Part shown: positions 1 to 7,731 of the stretch, in pieces
Layout: each line of letters starts with the position of its first letter
Numbering within the stretch: position 1 is the first letter of the stretch
Position numbers and translations under genes: made by a program
The notes under the pieces: generated by a model
The model's input: the letters and a program-made list of their open reading frames with translations, nothing else
Told to the model about the DNA's origin: nothing
Databases searched by the model: none
Source of the DNA: Gemmatimonadota bacterium
GTDB taxonomy: Bacteria; Gemmatimonadota; Gemmatimonadetes; Palauibacterales; KS3-K002
DNA length: 64,000 nucleotides
Assembly: GCA_036475815.1 (NCBI GenBank)
Contig: JAZGAL010000012.1
Location: 1,969-65,968 of the forward strand
Direction of reading: 5' to 3'

Positions 1-2
1 CC

Positions 3-1877
3 CCGTCTACATTCTGGTCGGACTACCAGGGTGTAGGGTTCGATGGGGACGCGGTCTACGTCGTTCCCAACCAGTTTCCGTTCGACGACGGCTCGCCGTA
101 TGTCAAGCTCCGCATCATCCCGAAATCAGACCTCTACGATCCAGCCTGTCCCGCGGTCACCTATACCGATTTCTGGGACCTCCGCGATCCGGACTTCCCG
201 GATGTCAGGGTGTTCACGGTGCGGCCGGCGGTCACCTTCGGGTCGCCGGGCGTGGAATATCTGATCAACGATGCGTCGTTCTTCACGGGAACCACGATGA
301 CCCTCTGGTCGCTTACAAACCCCCTGGATCCCAGTCCGATACTGACGGCGACCAACGTGCCGGTCACGCAAAGGCAACCACCACCCAACGCCGACCAATT
401 GGGAGGGTCGTCGATCTTGATCGATGTGGGTGGTCCCAGGGTCAGAAACCTCGTCTATCGAGACGGCTCGGTATGGACGGCGCAGAGCGTGGCCGATATG
501 ACCGGCAATTACGCGAGAGCGCGATACGTGCGGATCGACGTGGCCGGGCCGACGGTTCTGGAGGACGTGTCCTTCGGCAGCGATGGGTGCTGGCTCTATT
601 ACCCGGCGATCACCGCCGACGTCAACGACAACGTGACGATGGTCTACAGCCAGTCGTGTCTGGACACGTACATAGATATCCGCTACACGGGGCGCAGACC
701 GACGGATGCCGGCCTCCGACCCAGCGCCGGGTTGAAGATCGGCGAGGCGAACTATGTGAAGGATCTCGACAGCGGCAGGAACCGCTGGGGCGACTACAGC
801 GGCGTGGCGGTCGATCCCGCGAACCCGACTCGGGTCTGGATGTTCGCCGAGTATGCATCGTCGCCATCGAGCACGTGGGGCACCTGGTTCGGTGAGGTGA
901 TCGCGCGGGGAGAGGGCGACGTCAACGACGATGGGGATGTCAACGTGGGCGATGTGGTGCTGCTCGTGGACATCATACTGGAGCGGGCCACCGCCGACCC
1001 GGTCACAGCGGCCATCTCCGACTGCAACAGGGATGGCGTGCTCAACATCGGGGACGTCGTCTGCCTCGTTGACCTGATCTTGGGAGATGGCGGCGCCGCA
1101 CTCGTGGCTTCACGGACGCCTGCTAGCAGCCAGCGCTCGGGCGAAGCGCGTCTCAGCTTAGCTTCCGCCGGGCGGCTTCCCGAGGGGCGAACCGTGCTGC
1201 TCGAGGCCGAGCTGGGTACCGGGGTCGCCGGCGTGCAGGCGCGAATCAGCTACGATCCGAAGCGGGTCCGCCTTGGCACGCCCGAGCTGACACCGCGGGC
1301 GCAGGGCTTCAACCTTGCCTTCCAAGACAAGGGCGATGAACTGCTGCTGCTGATCTACGACGCGTCGGGTCGGACGCTCGCCGCCGGCGCCGGTGCGCTG
1401 GTGAGGCTGCCGGTCCACATCGGCCCGGTCGGGCCGGCGGGCGAGGATCTGGGGCTCGAGCTGAGACAGGTACTGCTTGCCCACAAGAGCGGCGGCGTCC
1501 GGTCGGCCAGGGTCGTGCGGGCGAATCTCACGACGCTACCCGTCGAGTTCCGGTTGAGCAACGCCTATCCCAATCCGCTGATCAGAGGAACTGGTACGAA
1601 GCTGGACCTGCAGATACCGGAGGCCATTGGGCCGGCATTGTCGGGAGAAGGCGGCCGTGGGGCGAACGGGGCTGTGCGTGTTGTGGTCGATGTCTACAAC
1701 GTGCGAGGTCAGAGGGTACGTCAGCTGATGGACGTCTATCTCTTGCCGGGTCAGCACATGCTCGAATGGGATGGGCGTAACGATCGCGGTGAGCACGTGG
1801 GTACGGGCCTGTACGTGCTGCGTCTGCGGGCCGGGTCGTTCGCGGCGACCCGCAAGCTGATTGTGCCCGGGGGTTAG
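3..1877 (+). CDS. Secreted multidomain protein, 5' end cut by the window edge: beta-propeller-like region, dockerin-like repeat pair, cohesin-like module, T9SS-type C-terminal sorting domain
   Basis: The reading frame of the 210..1877 ORF stays open back to nt 3 (PSTFWSDYQGVGFDGDAVYV...), so the ATG at 210 is internal. RWGDYSGVAVDP motif in the N-region. Dockerin-like and CTD-like segments are listed separately. Confidence 0.75.
   Translation, partial: PSTFWSDYQGVGFDGDAVYVVPNQFPFDDGSPYVKLRIIPKSDLYDPACPAVTYTDFWDLRDPDFPDVRVFTVRPAVTFGSPGVEYLINDASFFTGTTMTLWSLTNPLDPSPILTATNVPVTQRQPPPNADQLGGSSILIDVGGPRVRNLVYRDGSVWTAQSVADMTGNYARARYVRIDVAGPTVLEDVSFGSDGCWLYYPAITADVNDNVTMVYSQSCLDTYIDIRYTGRRPTDAGLRPSAGLKIGEANYVKDLDSGRNRWGDYSGVAVDPANPTRVWMFAEYASSPSSTWGTWFGEVIARGEGDVNDDGDVNVGDVVLLVDIILERATADPVTAAISDCNRDGVLNIGDVVCLVDLILGDGGAALVASRTPASSQRSGEARLSLASAGRLPEGRTVLLEAELGTGVAGVQARISYDPKRVRLGTPELTPRAQGFNLAFQDKGDELLLLIYDASGRTLAAGAGALVRLPVHIGPVGPAGEDLGLELRQVLLAHKSGGVRSARVVRANLTTLPVEFRLSNAYPNPLIRGTGTKLDLQIPEAIGPALSGEGGRGANGAVRVVVDVYNVRGQRVRQLMDVYLLPGQHMLEWDGRNDRGEHVGTGLYVLRLRAGSFAATRKLIVPGG
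915..1085 (+). other. Dockerin-like module (two Ca-binding-loop/helix repeats) inside the CDS 3..1877
   Basis: GDVNDDGDVNVGDVVLLVDIIL and DCNRDGVLNIGDVVCLVDLIL both match the DxNxDGxxNxxD + hydrophobic helix pattern of type I dockerins. Confidence 0.6.
1542..1868 (+). other. T9SS type-A / FlgD-Ig-like C-terminal sorting domain of CDS 3..1877
   Basis: FRLSNAYPNPLIRGTGTKLDLQIPE...VYNVRGQRVRQL...GQHMLEWDGRNDRGEHVGTGLYVLRLRAGSFAATRKLIV, the typical '..NYPNPF...l.vyd..Gr.V..l....g.h...wdg.d..G..v.sGvY..rl..g....t.Kl.l' layout. Confidence 0.55.
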
Positions 1878-1885
1878 GCCGGATC

Positions 1886-2878
1886 ATGAACGTCACCTGG
1901 CAGGCAGCAGGAACGCGGCTGGCCTGGCCGCGCATGGCCGTCGCGATTGCGGCGCTTGCCGTCGTCCATCCCGCGATCGCCGCGGCGCAGGATTTCGACC
2001 GTGAGGTCGCGTTCCTGACGATCCCCACAGGCGCCCGTCCAGTCGGCATGGGCCGGGCCGCGGCCGCTCTGGGAGGTGACCTGCAGAGCGTTCGGTGGAA
2101 CCCCGCCGTCCTGAGCACCATCAGCGATTTCGTGCCGCTCGTATCGAGCTACGATGGGCCACTCGACTTCGGCGTGAACCAGTTTGCCGCCGCCTTCCCC
2201 GTCTCGCGTCTGGGCGTGCTCGCCGTCTCGGTCGAGGTACAGAGTTTCGGGGACATACCGCTCACCGGCTCGGGCTCGCCGGACGCGGAGGCCGGCGCGA
2301 TCTCTCCCACTAACCTGATCCTTGGTGTCGGGTTCGGTCGCTCGTTGGTGCAGCGGCTGTCGTTCGGGATATCGGCGAAGTGGATTCACAGCGAGCTGTT
2401 CGGCAGCCTGCAAGGGAGCACGTTTGCGCTGGATGCCGGTCTATTCTGGACCCCACTTCGGCAGGTGCCGTTCCACCTGGGAGTGAGCGCTCTGAACCTC
2501 GGGCCCGGACTGCGCCTGGACGATCAGCCCGGGGCGCAGAGCGCCCCCTTGCCGGGCCGGATTCGCTTAGCGGCGGCGTACGATGTTCTGGGCCATCTGG
2601 CGCCCGGGGAAGAGCTGCACTTTCTCGTCGCGATCGACCTGGAACACGCCGTCCGCGATCCGGGGACGGGGAGCCAATACCTGGGTGTCGAGCTGGGCAT
2701 CCGCGAGATTCTCTTCGTGCGCGGCGGTTTCGTCGCCGAAACGCTGATCGAAACGAATACGGGTGTGACGCTGGGACTCGGACTTGGGCTGGGTCTCTTC
2801 CGCTTCGATCTGGCGAGGGAGCTGGGTGTGAATCAGCTGGGCGACGAAACGCAATTGTCGCTCAGCGCGCGTCTCTGA
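1886..2878 (+). CDS. PorV/PorQ-family-like outer-membrane beta-barrel protein
   Basis: Signal-like N-terminus (MAVAIAALAVVHPAIAAAQD; the true start may be the ATG at 1934). FLTIPTGARPVGMGRAAAALGGDLQSVRWNPAVL is the family-typical N-terminal motif. Alternating beta-strand pattern, ends ...QLSLSARL. Lies 9 nt after the T9SS-CTD cargo gene. Confidence 0.6.
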   Translation: MNVTWQAAGTRLAWPRMAVAIAALAVVHPAIAAAQDFDREVAFLTIPTGARPVGMGRAAAALGGDLQSVRWNPAVLSTISDFVPLVSSYDGPLDFGVNQFAAAFPVSRLGVLAVSVEVQSFGDIPLTGSGSPDAEAGAISPTNLILGVGFGRSLVQRLSFGISAKWIHSELFGSLQGSTFALDAGLFWTPLRQVPFHLGVSALNLGPGLRLDDQPGAQSAPLPGRIRLAAAYDVLGHLAPGEELHFLVAIDLEHAVRDPGTGSQYLGVELGIREILFVRGGFVAETLIETNTGVTLGLGLGLGLFRFDLARELGVNQLGDETQLSLSARL

Positions 2879-2933
2879 GGCCGGTAGCCGGCCTCGCTCG
2901 AGTCGATGATAGTTGCTTGGAAGGGAGAACTTG

Positions 2934-4082
2934 ATGGTCTCACGCTATCGGGTGTTACTAGCTCTACTGGCAACCCTACTGGGAGCTGCCGCTCTGTCGG
3001 CCGGTTGTTCCGATTCCTCCGGGCCAAGCGATACCACGATCGTTCTGTTCATCGACTCGGTGCCGAACCCCACCAACCAGCTCGATGTGACCATCAGCGG
3101 AACGACGGACCCAGGTGCCGCGGTGACGGTCGCGGGCCCACGGGACACGCTCTCCGACCTCGCCAGCGCTCAGGGGACATTTTCGCTCACGGTCTCGCTG
3201 CTTGCCAACGCAATCAGCGAAGTGACGGTGGTGGCGCGGGATTCCGCGGATAATGAGATTGGCGACACGCTCGCTCTTGCGCAGGACGGCAAGAAGCCCG
3301 CTGCTGGCTTCACGTCGCCCCTGGGGGGCAGTACTACTCAAAGCCAGTCGGGATTCCCCATCGCTCTCGATTTTGCCGACGAGACCGCATTTGTGGAATT
3401 CGCGAGTGGTGTGGATCCCGGCAGCTTCGCGATCGAGAGCAGCCAGCCGGTAGGCGGCGTGTTCAGGCAGAATGGCACGTTCTCGACGGTCTATCCGGCC
3501 GGCACCAACCTGGCGCCGCTCTTCACTTCAGTCACCCAGTCGGGTGCGAATTGGGTCGTGCCCGATAGCGCGGCGTTTTCGCCGGGCGTCAACCAGATGC
3601 TGGCACGGATCAGCGACGTGGCGGGCAACCAGTCCTCGCCCGCGGTCGTCAGCTTCAACGTGACGGCAGACCCGGACAGGCTGATCGTGGTCGATGCCGG
3701 AGGAAGCGCCGGCTCGACCGGGAACCCGCAGGTCATCGGCCTGGCCAATGGGGACACGATCGGCGGGGTCCAGTTCGACTTCACCTACAGCACGGCGATC
3801 ATCTCCTCAGTGGATTCGGTGACCGTCGCGCTGCGTACATCAGCGTTCGATGGGATCGCTTTCAACGAGATCGCCCCGGGCCAGGTCCGGGTGCTCCTCT
3901 TCGATTCGAGCGGCGACCTGTTGCCACCCGGCCAGGGCCCGATTATCACCCTCTGGCTCACCGTGGACGCCGCCGCTGCCCCGGGCGATTACACCGTAGT
4001 CTTGGAGCAGATATTCCTGTCAGACAGGCTCGGCGTCACCCGGGCGATCCCCGGGGCGACAGGGACGTTCCGCGTGCCCTAA
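2934..4082 (+). CDS. Lipoprotein with Ig-like regions and a C-terminal cohesin-like domain
   Basis: GGAAGGGAG SD precedes the ATG at 2934 (the ORF-track start at 2913 has no SD). Lipobox LSAGC in MVSRYRVLLALLATLLGAAALSAGCSDSS. C-terminal 135 aa (nt 3675-4079) GNPQVIGLANGDTIGGVQFDFTYSTAII...GQVRVLLFDSSGDLL...ITLWLTVDAAAAPGDYTVVLEQIFLSD resembles cohesin modules. Confidence 0.65.
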   Translation: MVSRYRVLLALLATLLGAAALSAGCSDSSGPSDTTIVLFIDSVPNPTNQLDVTISGTTDPGAAVTVAGPRDTLSDLASAQGTFSLTVSLLANAISEVTVVARDSADNEIGDTLALAQDGKKPAAGFTSPLGGSTTQSQSGFPIALDFADETAFVEFASGVDPGSFAIESSQPVGGVFRQNGTFSTVYPAGTNLAPLFTSVTQSGANWVVPDSAAFSPGVNQMLARISDVAGNQSSPAVVSFNVTADPDRLIVVDAGGSAGSTGNPQVIGLANGDTIGGVQFDFTYSTAIISSVDSVTVALRTSAFDGIAFNEIAPGQVRVLLFDSSGDLLPPGQGPIITLWLTVDAAAAPGDYTVVLEQIFLSDRLGVTRAIPGATGTFRVP

Positions 4083-4316
4083 CGGCGCTCAGCGCCGCTG
4101 AACGCCGAAAATCGGCGAATTCAGTGAGACTGCGCCTTTTCGGGGTTCGCAAGTGATGCAGGTTACATCCATGCGGCGGGGCGATCCGAAGGAAAGGCTA
4201 TAACGCTAAGTATATAAAGAGGTTATGACGATGTGGCCCAAGTGACCGATCGAAGGCAGCGATCGCTCGCGCGGGGGCCGAACCCGTCAGAATCCGCTTC
4301 CTGCCTAGCTTTTCCC

Positions 4317-4346
4317 TTGACGTTTCAAGGGTTTGCGTTTTACAGT
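4317..4346 (+). promoter_or_regulatory. Candidate sigma70-type promoter for the HU gene
   Basis: TTGACG (4317-4322), 18-nt spacer, TACAGT (4341-4346). About 55 nt upstream of the HU start, in a locally AT-richer 320-bp intergenic region. Confidence 0.35.
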
Positions 4347-4402
4347 AGATTCGGCTTCGCCCTTTCCTATTCAGGTTCCAACCACCTTCCCGAAAGGAGC
4401 AT

Positions 4403-4693
4403 GTGGTGAACAAGACCGAACTCGTTGACCAGCTGGCAGCAACGACTAGCCTGAGCAAGGCCGATGCTGGCCGTACCATCGACGCCCTGTTCGACGTGCA
4501 CAAGGGGATCATTGCTACCGCGCTCAAGAGCGGCAGCAAGGTTCAGATCACCGGGTTTGGGACGTTTGAGACCCGGCAGCGCGGGGCGCGTATGGGCCGG
4601 AATCCACGCACAGGCGAGCGGATCCAGATTCCCGCGTCGGTGTCGCCGGCGTTTCGTGCAGGGAAGGGTCTGAAGGACGGCGTGAAGCCGTAG
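4403..4693 (+). CDS. hup: Nucleoid-associated DNA-binding protein HU
   Basis: 96 aa. NKTELVDQLA...ITGFGTFETRQRGARMGRNPRTGERIQIPASVSPAFRAGKGLKD is the canonical HU/IHF signature. AAAGGAG SD at 4394-4400. Start is the GTG at 4403 or 4406. Confidence 0.95.
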   Translation: MVNKTELVDQLAATTSLSKADAGRTIDALFDVHKGIIATALKSGSKVQITGFGTFETRQRGARMGRNPRTGERIQIPASVSPAFRAGKGLKDGVKP

Positions 4694-4762
4694 CTCTCGG
4701 GGCTTGGGGGAGGGAGGCCTTCGCCTTCGCAGGAACGGTCTCCATCCCCTGATCCTGATCTT

Positions 4763-6208
4763 CTACTCTCTGAACACCCGCACGCTGGCGGGCCGCCCCC
4801 GTATCGTCGCAGTCGCCAGGCTCTTGATCACCTGATCGGCGGCAGAGGCGGCGACCTCCACCGAAGAATGAGTGTCCCTAATCTCGATGCGGCCGATCCG
4901 GTCGCCGCTCACCGATGATTCGCCGGTGATGGCGCCGACAAGATCGGCCGGCCGCACATCGTCCCGACGTCCCACAGCGAAATAAAGACGTGTCCAGGCC
5001 GGGAGTGGCTCGGTAGCCGCCGCGGGAGAGCGCTCCCGGAAAAGCGCCGTCGCTGCAGCGGCAAGCTGGATAGGTGTGAATTCATCCAGCAAAGGCTCCA
5101 GGATCAGCATATAGGGCTCCAGATCCCGTCCTGCAGCCGCATCCCGCAGCTGCTCCCGTGTCAGTTGAGCGGAACGGAGCGCTTCCACGGGCAGCGCGGT
5201 CTTGAGAGCTGTCAGCCGCGCACCCAGCGGGCCGGCCAGACGTTGCAGGTGAGCCAGCTCGCCCGGCTCCAAGAAGACGATGGTCCGGGCCGCCCCCTCG
5301 ATCCGCCTCGAGAGACTCTGCAGGTCCGCTGGAGAGCCCCAGGAGATCGTGGAGGTGCCCGGCTCGATCTCGGCTTCGTCCCCGCACTCGACTTGTACCC
5401 TGGCGCCTCTACCAATCGCGCCGGCATCGACGCCACGGGCGGTCAGTCGATCCACCAGCGTTGCCGCGTCCTCTTCCAATCTGCAACGAATGGTGCAGCG
5501 GTTGCGGCTCTTCGCCGCCATGGAATCCAGCAGCCGCAAGAGGACAGGCAGCCACAGCTGTTGCGGAGCAGCCCAGTATTCCACCGTCGCATCGCGCAGT
5601 GGCTGCACGTCTGCCGGAATATAGGCCAGGCGTCGGGCGCGCCGGGCATGCCGCTCGATCATATCCTCGACGTGCCGGGTCAGGTGTGAAGTCAGGAAGA
5701 CGCGCTGCGCGTCCTTCGGGATCTGAGCGGTGAGGGTCTCCAGCGCCTCCGCAGCGCCGAGCTCTACCATGGCCGACGCTCCATCCACGACCAGCGCGCT
5801 CAGAGCGTCCAGCTTGATCGCCGAGTGCTCGACCGCCGCTAAAACGGCGCTCGGGCTGGCTACGGCCACGTCGGCGGCCACCGGCGATCGCGCCTGCACG
5901 ACGGCGACCGTCAGTCCCCGCGCCTGCATCAGGCTCAACAAGGCGTCGGCTGTGGCCGCCGCTCCATCGTCGGTGGGTCGCAGTATCAGTGCCTGTGGGC
6001 CTTTCGACGCCGGCTCGAGGCGCGCGGCGAGACCCAGGCCATAGGCCAACGTCTTGCCGCTGCCCGCGGAGGCGATGCCCATGACCGTGGTTCCCCGGGC
6101 GATCACCGGCACCGCTTCCTCCTGTAGAGCGGTCGGCCGACGATAGCCGAGCTCGCGCAGGCGCTCTAACAGATCACTACCCAGCTTGAGATCCTCAAAA
6201 GTGCTCAT
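4763..6208 (-). CDS. DEAD-box-helicase-like protein with DbpA-type C-terminal RNA-binding domain; several catalytic motifs degenerate
   Basis: Q-motif/motif I intact (RPTALQEEAVP, ASAGSGKTLAY). Motif II position reads VVDGAS instead of DEAD, and SAT position reads TSH. C-terminus LYFAVGRRDDVRPADLVGAITGE...IGRIEIRDTHSSVEV...IRGRPASVRVFRE matches the DbpA RBD pattern. Confidence 0.7.
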   Translation of the reverse strand: MSTFEDLKLGSDLLERLRELGYRRPTALQEEAVPVIARGTTVMGIASAGSGKTLAYGLGLAARLEPASKGPQALILRPTDDGAAATADALLSLMQARGLTVAVVQARSPVAADVAVASPSAVLAAVEHSAIKLDALSALVVDGASAMVELGAAEALETLTAQIPKDAQRVFLTSHLTRHVEDMIERHARRARRLAYIPADVQPLRDATVEYWAAPQQLWLPVLLRLLDSMAAKSRNRCTIRCRLEEDAATLVDRLTARGVDAGAIGRGARVQVECGDEAEIEPGTSTISWGSPADLQSLSRRIEGAARTIVFLEPGELAHLQRLAGPLGARLTALKTALPVEALRSAQLTREQLRDAAAGRDLEPYMLILEPLLDEFTPIQLAAAATALFRERSPAAATEPLPAWTRLYFAVGRRDDVRPADLVGAITGESSVSGDRIGRIEIRDTHSSVEVAASAADQVIKSLATATIRGRPASVRVFRE

Positions 6209-6332
6209 GGCCCCAATTTAGCATGTAGATCCAATTTACGAAGAGGTTAGACCTCGGCTTGACGCTGTCCCTGGCAGCCGCCTATGATCGCTTCCGGGTT
6301 AAAGTTGGCTCGACTGTCTTACCAGAGGGTTC

Positions 6333-7058
6333 ATGAAGAAAGCGATCGTCATCGGGTCCAGCACGGGCATCGGCCGGGCTCTCGCGAAGGTGTTGGCTGG
6401 GAATGGCTATGAGGTGGGTCTGGCGGGCCGGCGGACCGAGCTGATGGAAGAGCTGAGCGGCGAGATCGCCACTCGAACCTACATCCAGGCTCTCGATCTC
6501 GCCCGGCCGGAAGACGCGAGGCGGGCGCTGAGACGGCTGATCGACGAGATGGGCGATGTGGATCTCATCGTCATCAACTCGGGGGTCGGCTCCTCTGATC
6601 CCACTTGGGAGGAGGAGCTTCAGATCATCGCCGTGAACGTGACGGGCTTCGCGGCTATGGCCAATCTGGCCATGGAGTATTTCGTGGGGCGAGGATCGGG
6701 CCACATCGTCGGCATCTCGTCGATCTCAGCGCTGCGAGGGGTGACGACGAGCTACAGCGGCTCGAAGGCCTTCGACTCGACCTACCTGGAAGGACTGCAG
6801 TTCAAGGCGGACCGGCTGGGCTTGGACATTCGGGTCACCGACGTGAAGCCCGGCTTTGTGGACACACCCATGACCGAAGGCCGCGAGGACATGTTCTGGG
6901 TGGCACCCGTTGATAAGGTGGCCCGGCAGATCTACGATGCGATCCGCAAGCGGAGGCGGCACGTCTACGTCACTAAACGGTGGCGGTTGATGGGATGGTT
7001 GATGAAGCTGCTCCCCTATCGGGCCGCGTCCTGGCTGCAGGGCCGGAGACGTGGCTAG
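6333..7058 (+). CDS. Short-chain dehydrogenase/reductase (SDR) family oxidoreductase
   Basis: MKKAIVIGSSTGIGRALA (TGxxxGIG NAD(P)-binding motif), NSGV, and YSGSKAF (YxxxK catalytic motif). Confidence 0.85.
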   Translation: MKKAIVIGSSTGIGRALAKVLAGNGYEVGLAGRRTELMEELSGEIATRTYIQALDLARPEDARRALRRLIDEMGDVDLIVINSGVGSSDPTWEEELQIIAVNVTGFAAMANLAMEYFVGRGSGHIVGISSISALRGVTTSYSGSKAFDSTYLEGLQFKADRLGLDIRVTDVKPGFVDTPMTEGREDMFWVAPVDKVARQIYDAIRKRRRHVYVTKRWRLMGWLMKLLPYRAASWLQGRRRG

Positions 7059-7078
7059 GCCGGCCGTGCAGCGCCGCT

Positions 7079-7369
7079 CTATCCGTCGAAGGGGGCCGGG
7101 TGGTCCACGTCGTAGGGCCGCAGCGAGATCACACCGCCGTCCGGGACATCCAGGTCGGCCAGCGTGCGGGATTCGTCCAGCACCTCCTTCTCGAAGAACT
7201 CGACGTAGTAGCCTGAAGGATCGACGTCGGCTGCTCCCAGCAGTTCCGGCAGCGCCTGCTCCTTGATCGTGCCCACGGGTGTGGCCGGCGCGAACTCCAT
7301 CTTCCTCTCGCGCCAGAGGTCGGGGACGATCACAGTGATCTTCAGCATCTCTCCGGCCATCGTCTCCAT
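7079..7369 (-). CDS. Hypothetical small protein, possibly beta-grasp/ubiquitin-like fold
   Basis: 96-aa ORF with GGAGAGG SD region and coding-like GC3. ...LKITVIVP...TLADLDVPDGGVISLRPY is reminiscent of Ubl C-terminal strands but does not end in GG. Start uncertain (M1/M4/M8). Confidence 0.5.
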   Translation of the reverse strand: METMAGEMLKITVIVPDLWRERKMEFAPATPVGTIKEQALPELLGAADVDPSGYYVEFFEKEVLDESRTLADLDVPDGGVISLRPYDVDHPAPFDG

Positions 7370-7384
7370 CCTCTCCGCTTTTTC

Positions 7385-7645
7385 CTAGATGTGGGGGATC
7401 GCGTAGAGAAACCGGAGCGTCAGGTCGGTGACATCGAATCCGGCGCCGCGGTCCGTCTCGACGTGCACGGTCGTATGGCCGTGTTCCCGGTGCGCCGAGA
7501 TCTTTGCGATGCCGATAGCACCGGAATACTCAAGCCGGTTGTTCCCTCGCTCCTGCACCTCGAGGCCGCTGTTCTCGCGGTAGTACTCCTCCGCCCTCCG
7601 GATCACTTCCTCGGGTGAAAGATGAGTCGCTAGCTCGTACTTCAT
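7385..7645 (-). CDS. Hypothetical small protein
   Basis: 86-aa ORF, 15 nt upstream of and co-directional with 7079..7369. No recognisable motif. Confidence 0.5.
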   Translation of the reverse strand: MKYELATHLSPEEVIRRAEEYYRENSGLEVQERGNNRLEYSGAIGIAKISAHREHGHTTVHVETDRGAGFDVTDLTLRFLYAIPHI

Positions 7646-7731
7646 CGCAGTCTCTTACCTTGCTTTCAGTTCCGGGGCCGCGGCGAATATCTCGAACGAC
7701 AGCCGGAACGTCAAGGACGTTCAGGTCGTGC

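Noticed and set aside
4229-4249. AT-rich patch aagtatataaagaggttATGacgatgtggcccaagTGA (SD + 6-codon micro-ORF) upstream of HU
   Set aside because: It is too short to evaluate. There is no -35 element at a suitable distance and no conservation information, so it is probably just part of the HU upstream region.
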